Assembly: GCA_039714075.1 (NCBI GenBank)
Contig: JBDLKA010000022.1
Location: forward strand, 1 to 42,823
Origin: Candidatus Krumholzibacteriota bacterium
GTDB taxonomy: Bacteria; Krumholzibacteriota; Krumholzibacteriia; LZORAL124-64-63
Direction of reading: 5' to 3'
DNA: 42,823 bases
How positions within the stretch are numbered: position 1 is the stretch's first letter; every line of letters starts with the position of its first letter. Made by a program: the position numbers and the translations under genes. The notes under the pieces were generated by a model that did no database searches, was not told where the DNA came from, and saw only the letters and a list, made by a program, of their open reading frames with translations. Positions 37,743 to 42,823 of the stretch are shown piece after piece.

Positions 37743-38632
37743 CCGGTCGCAGACACATCCTCCGCTCGGTGGCGGGATTTGTCCTGCTGGCGCTGCTGGC
37801 CGGGGTGGCTCCCACCGCCCGCGCCGATTTCCGCCATGCCCGCATGGGCGCCCGGCCCCGGGCCCTGGGTTCGGCCTTCGTATCCCTGGCCGACGATGCC
37901 AACGCCGCCTACTGGAATCCGGCGGGCCTGGTGCGCGACAACAGGGCCTCCCTGATGCTGACCAATTCCTGGATGTACGGCATCTCCGACCTGACCAACA
38001 CCTATCTGGCGGTGGACCTGCCCCGCCTGGGCGATTTCCACTTCGGCGCCAGCTGGGTGCGCCTGGGGATCAAGGATCTCTATTACGAGGACACCATCAA
38101 TCTGGCCGTGGCCGGCAACATGCCGTTTTTGGAAGGACTGTCCCTGGGTTTGACCGGCAAGATGTTCCTTTTGGCCGCACCGGGTTATGAAAAATACAAC
38201 GACCCCCACTACAACGGCGGGGACCAGGGATTCTCCTTCGATCTGGGCGCATTGTACGACAGCGGGGGCCCCTGGACCCTCGGGGCCACGGTCTACAATC
38301 TGGTGGAGACCAAGCTCCAACTTCTCGAAAGCACCTCCGACCCCGATCCGATCTTCACCGAATGGGCTGCTGGCGGCAGTTACCTCTTCCGTGAAACGCT
38401 TCTGGTGACCGCGGACTTCAGGAACCGGGAAGGCGAATTCAACAACATCATTCTGCACGGGGGCGCCGAAATCTGGTTTTACGACGCGCTGGTCCTGCGC
38501 TCGGGTCTGGACAAGGGACTGGTGACCCTGGGGGCCGGCCTGCAGGACGATCATTGGCAGGCCGATTTCACGCTCAAAACGGAAAAAGCGCTGGGCAACG
38601 TCTACATGCTTTCTTTCACGGTGAGGAAGTAG
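37739..38632 (+). CDS. PorV/PorQ-like (FadL-related) outer-membrane beta-barrel
   Basis: Signal peptide then MGARPRALGSAFVSLADDANAAYWNPAGL, followed by amphipathic beta-strands; ATGA overlap with the upstream gene. Confidence 0.8.
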   Translation: MTGRRHILRSVAGFVLLALLAGVAPTARADFRHARMGARPRALGSAFVSLADDANAAYWNPAGLVRDNRASLMLTNSWMYGISDLTNTYLAVDLPRLGDFHFGASWVRLGIKDLYYEDTINLAVAGNMPFLEGLSLGLTGKMFLLAAPGYEKYNDPHYNGGDQGFSFDLGALYDSGGPWTLGATVYNLVETKLQLLESTSDPDPIFTEWAAGGSYLFRETLLVTADFRNREGEFNNIILHGGAEIWFYDALVLRSGLDKGLVTLGAGLQDDHWQADFTLKTEKALGNVYMLSFTVRK

Positions 38633-38640
38633 GGGTGCGG

Positions 38641-40245
38641 ATGATACGGAAGACATCCCGAATCGGCCTCGTCCTGATGGTTTGCTCCCTTGCGCTCCTG
38701 TTCACTTGTCCGGCCTTGGCAGCCAACAAGGTCGAAGGTTTCTACGAGGCCGAAGTCAGCGCCCAGAAGGAGAACGGCAAGTGGCTGTTCGGCCCTCCGG
38801 GCGGCAACGGCATGCCCAAACATTATGCCGAACTCAAATTCTGGTCCTGGCCCAACGACAAATTCGAGGTCTTCGCCAAGGTACGTGCCGAATCAAATCG
38901 GGAGGACGACCGTTCCCCCGCCGTGGACTACTACGCGCCCCCCTGGTTCAGCGGTGAAGGCCACATCAAGCTGCGGCAGAACAAATACGAGGCCTATCTT
39001 TTCTACCGGCAAAACCGGTTCTACATCAACGACCAGCCCCTGCTGCGCCTGGTCGGCGACGGAAACCTGAAAAACGATGATTGGGGTCCCAAGGCCCAGG
39101 GCGTGAGGTTCGATTTCTGGGAGACCGACCTGGGAATCAAGAACATGGGCGGGACGTTCATCGTCAGCGACGACGGCGGCACCTTCAATTTCAATGAATC
39201 ACCCGTCCCAAACGGGGCCGACAGCAAGATCTTCCGACTCAGGCACAAGGCCTGGGACGGGCGTATCGAATCGGCTGCCATGTACCTCCGGAAGGACTGG
39301 ACCGACACCTCCCAGGACGACATATGGACAGACCTTCTGTCCCTGATGCACAACAACGTCTATTCCTTCGATGTGGCCTTCACACCACGCAATCTGATCA
39401 ATACCGGCCTGCGCCTGGGCCCCATCAACCTGGAACAATCGCGCTGGACCACCGAAATGGCCTGGAGCCAGCGACCCTACCATGAGTTCATCTTCGGGGA
39501 ATCGCGTCACCGCGCGAGGGCGATTGCGGTCGAAGAGCGTGATATCCACATCGGTGATTTTACCATCCACTCCTGGTACAACGACTTCGGTGAGGACTTC
39601 CGCAGCTACGTCTCCAACCGGTTCGAAGAGGGCGGCGAATACAACAAGATCCAGAAGCACGCCGAGCTGATCTGGTTGGTTCCACGCAAGTCCGTAACCA
39701 CCAAACTCATCTGGGATTCCCAACGCCAGCGGACCCTAGACGAGGAAGGCGGAGGGCTGCGGCCTTCCGAGGAGTGGTACGGCGAGATCTACATGGAGTT
39801 CATCAATGGGTTCAAGGCCCGCTTCGCCTACAAGAACTGGCACGGGTACGATAAGGATTCGGCCATCAGCGACTTCCGGACGTATCCCGACTGGTTCGGG
39901 GAGGTTTCGGTGGAGAATTTCCTGGCCAAGATCCGCCTGCAGGGCCGCATCCACGACGCAGGAACCTTCCGTCAGGTAACCATCTACGGTTTCGATATGA
40001 ACGTGAACCTGACCGAGCGGCTCAAGGGGTACCTGCGGGCCATGAACGTCAACGAGGAAACCGAAGCCCGGCACACGATCTTCGCCCAGCTCAAGTACGA
40101 CATCGGCTGGGGCGCGGAGTTCTATTTCGAATACGGCGACGCGGGCCAGTCGGACAATCTTGTCTATACGGACTGGTTCGTTAACGAAGGAAGCGATTCC
40201 AACCTGACCGACCGGTTCAAGGTGTTGGTCAAGGCCTGGTTCTGA
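38641..40245 (+). CDS. Putative outer-membrane beta-barrel protein
   Basis: Signal peptide ending ALA; very aromatic-rich alternating strands; C-terminal FKVLVKAWF (BAM-type terminal Phe); start ATG 38641. Confidence 0.72.
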   Translation: MIRKTSRIGLVLMVCSLALLFTCPALAANKVEGFYEAEVSAQKENGKWLFGPPGGNGMPKHYAELKFWSWPNDKFEVFAKVRAESNREDDRSPAVDYYAPPWFSGEGHIKLRQNKYEAYLFYRQNRFYINDQPLLRLVGDGNLKNDDWGPKAQGVRFDFWETDLGIKNMGGTFIVSDDGGTFNFNESPVPNGADSKIFRLRHKAWDGRIESAAMYLRKDWTDTSQDDIWTDLLSLMHNNVYSFDVAFTPRNLINTGLRLGPINLEQSRWTTEMAWSQRPYHEFIFGESRHRARAIAVEERDIHIGDFTIHSWYNDFGEDFRSYVSNRFEEGGEYNKIQKHAELIWLVPRKSVTTKLIWDSQRQRTLDEEGGGLRPSEEWYGEIYMEFINGFKARFAYKNWHGYDKDSAISDFRTYPDWFGEVSVENFLAKIRLQGRIHDAGTFRQVTIYGFDMNVNLTERLKGYLRAMNVNEETEARHTIFAQLKYDIGWGAEFYFEYGDAGQSDNLVYTDWFVNEGSDSNLTDRFKVLVKAWF

Positions 40246-40269
40246 TTCATTGCTGGTAGGGAGCTGATC

Positions 40270-42747
40270 ATGTTTGCGAAAGTATCACGAGTCCTGGTTC
40301 TGACGGTGGCAATTGCAGCCGTTCTGCTGACCACCGGTCCTCCGGGCGCGGCGCTTGCGGCGGCTCCAGAAAAAGGCGAAGACGGCATCGTGTTCTCCTA
40401 CCACGCCCCAAAGGCCCAGGCTGTGTTTCTGGCCGGCGACTTCAACAACTGGAATGCCCAGGACCTGGCCATGGTCCGCCAGGATTCGGGCGACTGGACC
40501 CTTACGATTGCCCTCGACTCCGGATCCTATGAATACAAGTTCATTGCCGACGGCAATTGGTTGGAAGACCCCGACAATCCCGAAAAGAAATCCGATCCGT
40601 TCGGTGGCTCCAATTCGGTCGTCACCGTCGGCAGTGACGGCGCCGTTGTCGCGGCCGCCGGTGCGGTCGCTCCGGTGGCCACCGGTGAAAAGACCGACGC
40701 CGCCGTACCCGATGATTTTTCCGTGGGCGCGCCCCGTGCCGTCGATGGCGGGATTCTTTTCACCTACCGTGATCCCGGTGTGGGAACCGTCAACCTGGCC
40801 GGATCCTTCAACGGCTGGAACGCCGACGATATTCCCCTGACGAATGACGGCAAGGGCAACTGGGCCGTGGTACATTCGCTCGATTCGGGCGAGCACGAAT
40901 ACAAATTCGTGGTCGATGGCGCCTGGTTCGCCGATCCGGAAAACCCGGACACCAAGGCCGACCCCTACGGTGGCGCCAATTCCCTGGTGATCGTTGACGA
41001 CGGCGGCCAACTCATCGCCGCGCCGGAAACCGCGGACGGCGATGGCGACGGCCACAAGCCGAATACGAATCTCAACGCCCGCCTGTATCTGGGTGGCCGG
41101 TACCTTACCCGTTTCGAATTCGCCAAGAACGTGGAGACCCAGGTTGGGGACACCGCCATGTTTGATCCCCGTTACCGCCTGCAGCGGCCCAGCCAGAGCG
41201 TGGACCTGAATTTCGAAGCCGAAGTAAGTGATATCGCCGCGACCTTCATGCGGATCCGGTTGGACTCGGACCAGAACATCATCCAGAACAACATCGCCGG
41301 ATTCCTGGACGAGGCCAACCTGACCATCGAACCGAGTAATTTCAAACTGAAGGCCTATTGGAACCAGGAGGTCTATACCGGAGAAGACCTGCTGCTGTTG
41401 GGCGGCAACACCGACCTGCCCGGAACCATTTTCCACGACCACCTGGATTACGGCAAGGGCAGCGCGGGCGCCCTGTTCGAGGCCGATCCGGTCGGGGTCA
41501 AGACGGTGCTGTTTTTCGCCAACGTGCACAATCACGACTATTACGGCGACCCGAAACTGTTCGACAACACCGGTGAAGACAAGGTGGGCCTGCGGCTGTC
41601 CCGGAAGTTCGGCCCGGTGGAAATCGGGACCCCGGTGTGGTTGGAGCGCTCGGTTGTCGAATTGGATTTGGGCGATATTGTCGGTTTGGCCGACACCGGC
41701 ATCCCCGCCCTGAACGAATATCTGAAAACAGACGACGACAGTAATATGTTCAATACCGAAACCAGGAATTTCAACTTCGGTCTGGATCTGCGGTTCGACC
41801 TGACCGACAAGCTGATGTTCGGCGCCCAAGGCAACTACGTCGACATCAAGCAGGCGTTTGTGGCCGGAAACCACGCCGGCCTGGACAACAACTGGGCCCA
41901 GATCGACGTGCCCTTCCTGGAGCGGGACCGCCGCATGTACATGGGCCAGGTCGATTTCCGGCCGACCGAGAACATGGAATTCAGCCTCAAGCACATCGTG
42001 GCGGACATGAATGGAGCGGATCCGGACCAGCGAAGAGTGGCCTTCGAGTTCCGCGACCAGAATCCGACCAACAACAGAATCTATTTCACAATCGAGGACA
42101 GCCCTGCCGCCGTTGAGGCCGATTCGACGGACCTGACCTGGGACTGGCACAAGGATGACCTGGACCTGGGTGTCTGGCTGCGCCGGGTGTCCCGCGACTG
42201 GGACTACGAATCGTCGGATCTGACCGTTCCCGAAGACGAATCCCTGACCAGCCGAACCGAGGAAATCTACAAGGCCTCGCTCATGGCGGGCCTGGGAAAC
42301 CCCGGGGATTTCCTGGGACACGGTGAAATCGAATTCGCCTACGTTACGGCCGATGCCGGTGTGGCCGCGAAAAAAATCGACACCTATGAGATGATCTTCC
42401 GCTACGATCGCGACCTGTCCCGCAACACGGGCCTTATCGCGGATCTGCGTTTCATCCAGTATGATTTCGAGGGGAACGATTCCAACGGTGAGTTGATTGC
42501 CGACAGCCCCGACTACTTCGCCCCCTTTGCCGGGTTCCGGTACACACCGATCAGGAAGCTGGAACTGGTTCTCGCCTACGGTGTGGACCCGCTCGAATAC
42601 TCGATCGATTATGAGGGTCGACATCTGGGACGCTGGTGGTTCCGCCAGAACTACCTGTTCAATAATTCGGACGCGACCCAGTTGGACGCCGAGAACTATC
42701 TGTCCAAGGCGGATGTGTTCACCCTGCGGGCCCAACTGCTCTTCTAG
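40270..42747 (+). CDS. Tandem CBM48/AMPK-type glycogen-binding domains fused to a putative outer-membrane beta-barrel
   Basis: Signal peptide; two repeats LAG[D/S]FN[N/G]W...[Y/H]EYKF..DG.W..DP.NP....DP[F/Y]GG.NS (about 40384-40630 and 40750-40995); beta-strand-rich remainder ending FTLRAQLLF. Confidence 0.8.
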   Translation: MFAKVSRVLVLTVAIAAVLLTTGPPGAALAAAPEKGEDGIVFSYHAPKAQAVFLAGDFNNWNAQDLAMVRQDSGDWTLTIALDSGSYEYKFIADGNWLEDPDNPEKKSDPFGGSNSVVTVGSDGAVVAAAGAVAPVATGEKTDAAVPDDFSVGAPRAVDGGILFTYRDPGVGTVNLAGSFNGWNADDIPLTNDGKGNWAVVHSLDSGEHEYKFVVDGAWFADPENPDTKADPYGGANSLVIVDDGGQLIAAPETADGDGDGHKPNTNLNARLYLGGRYLTRFEFAKNVETQVGDTAMFDPRYRLQRPSQSVDLNFEAEVSDIAATFMRIRLDSDQNIIQNNIAGFLDEANLTIEPSNFKLKAYWNQEVYTGEDLLLLGGNTDLPGTIFHDHLDYGKGSAGALFEADPVGVKTVLFFANVHNHDYYGDPKLFDNTGEDKVGLRLSRKFGPVEIGTPVWLERSVVELDLGDIVGLADTGIPALNEYLKTDDDSNMFNTETRNFNFGLDLRFDLTDKLMFGAQGNYVDIKQAFVAGNHAGLDNNWAQIDVPFLERDRRMYMGQVDFRPTENMEFSLKHIVADMNGADPDQRRVAFEFRDQNPTNNRIYFTIEDSPAAVEADSTDLTWDWHKDDLDLGVWLRRVSRDWDYESSDLTVPEDESLTSRTEEIYKASLMAGLGNPGDFLGHGEIEFAYVTADAGVAAKKIDTYEMIFRYDRDLSRNTGLIADLRFIQYDFEGNDSNGELIADSPDYFAPFAGFRYTPIRKLELVLAYGVDPLEYSIDYEGRHLGRWWFRQNYLFNNSDATQLDAENYLSKADVFTLRAQLLF

Positions 42748-42759
42748 AAAGGAACGGAA

Positions 42760-42823
42760 ATGCTGAAAAAATCAGGAATTTTCGTTCTGGGCACGCTTCT
42801 CCTTGCCGGTGCCATGGTATCCG
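42760..42823 (+). CDS. Start of another exported protein (truncated by the window edge)
   Basis: SD AAAGGA then MLKKSGIFVLGTLLLAGAMVS..., a signal-peptide pattern starting 12 nt after the previous stop. Confidence 0.6.
   Translation, partial: MLKKSGIFVLGTLLLAGAMVS

Noticed and set aside
40285..42735. 816-aa - strand ORF (likewise 16971..18839, 22952..24562, 11608..13245, 21649..23361, 35157..36632)
   Set aside because: Reverse-frame shadows of motif-bearing genes, caused by GC-rich codon bias.

Overview
GC-rich bacterial window with about 29 genes. The diderm-type beta-barrels, FlgD-Ig/T9SS-like C-terminal domain, PorV/PorQ-like gene and C-terminal 'SFGSLKSLYR' motif suggest an FCB-group candidate lineage such as Krumholzibacteria/Latescibacterota (inference only). 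Left to right: a secreted GH57-like glycoside hydrolase that runs off the left edge and is missing from the ORF track; a CDF transporter; a 5xLysM amidase; a DUF222-like/HNH nuclease whose ribosome-binding site sits in a hairpin; a 955-aa orphan lipoprotein; a ggt-S9 peptidase-acyltransferase-deacetylase-ornithine decarboxylase run; a convergent acpS-acetate ligase-ACP-kbl-hypothetical operon; DMT, NCS2, SGNH, vWA lipoprotein, AsmA and a lamin-tail-like secreted protein. The right third (28.6-42.8 kb) is the most interesting part. A maltodextrin-type ABC transporter is transcribed divergently from a 2008-aa T9SS-like, apparently non-catalytic surface protein with a glucodextranase-type DOMON module, a PorV-like barrel, and two apparently paralogous outer-membrane barrels, one fused to tandem CBM48-like glycogen-binding domains. 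This looks like an alpha-glucan capture and uptake locus with no SusC/SusD or TonB-dependent receptor in the window. No rRNA, tRNA or CRISPR array was seen. All calls come from reading motifs by eye; no searches were run.
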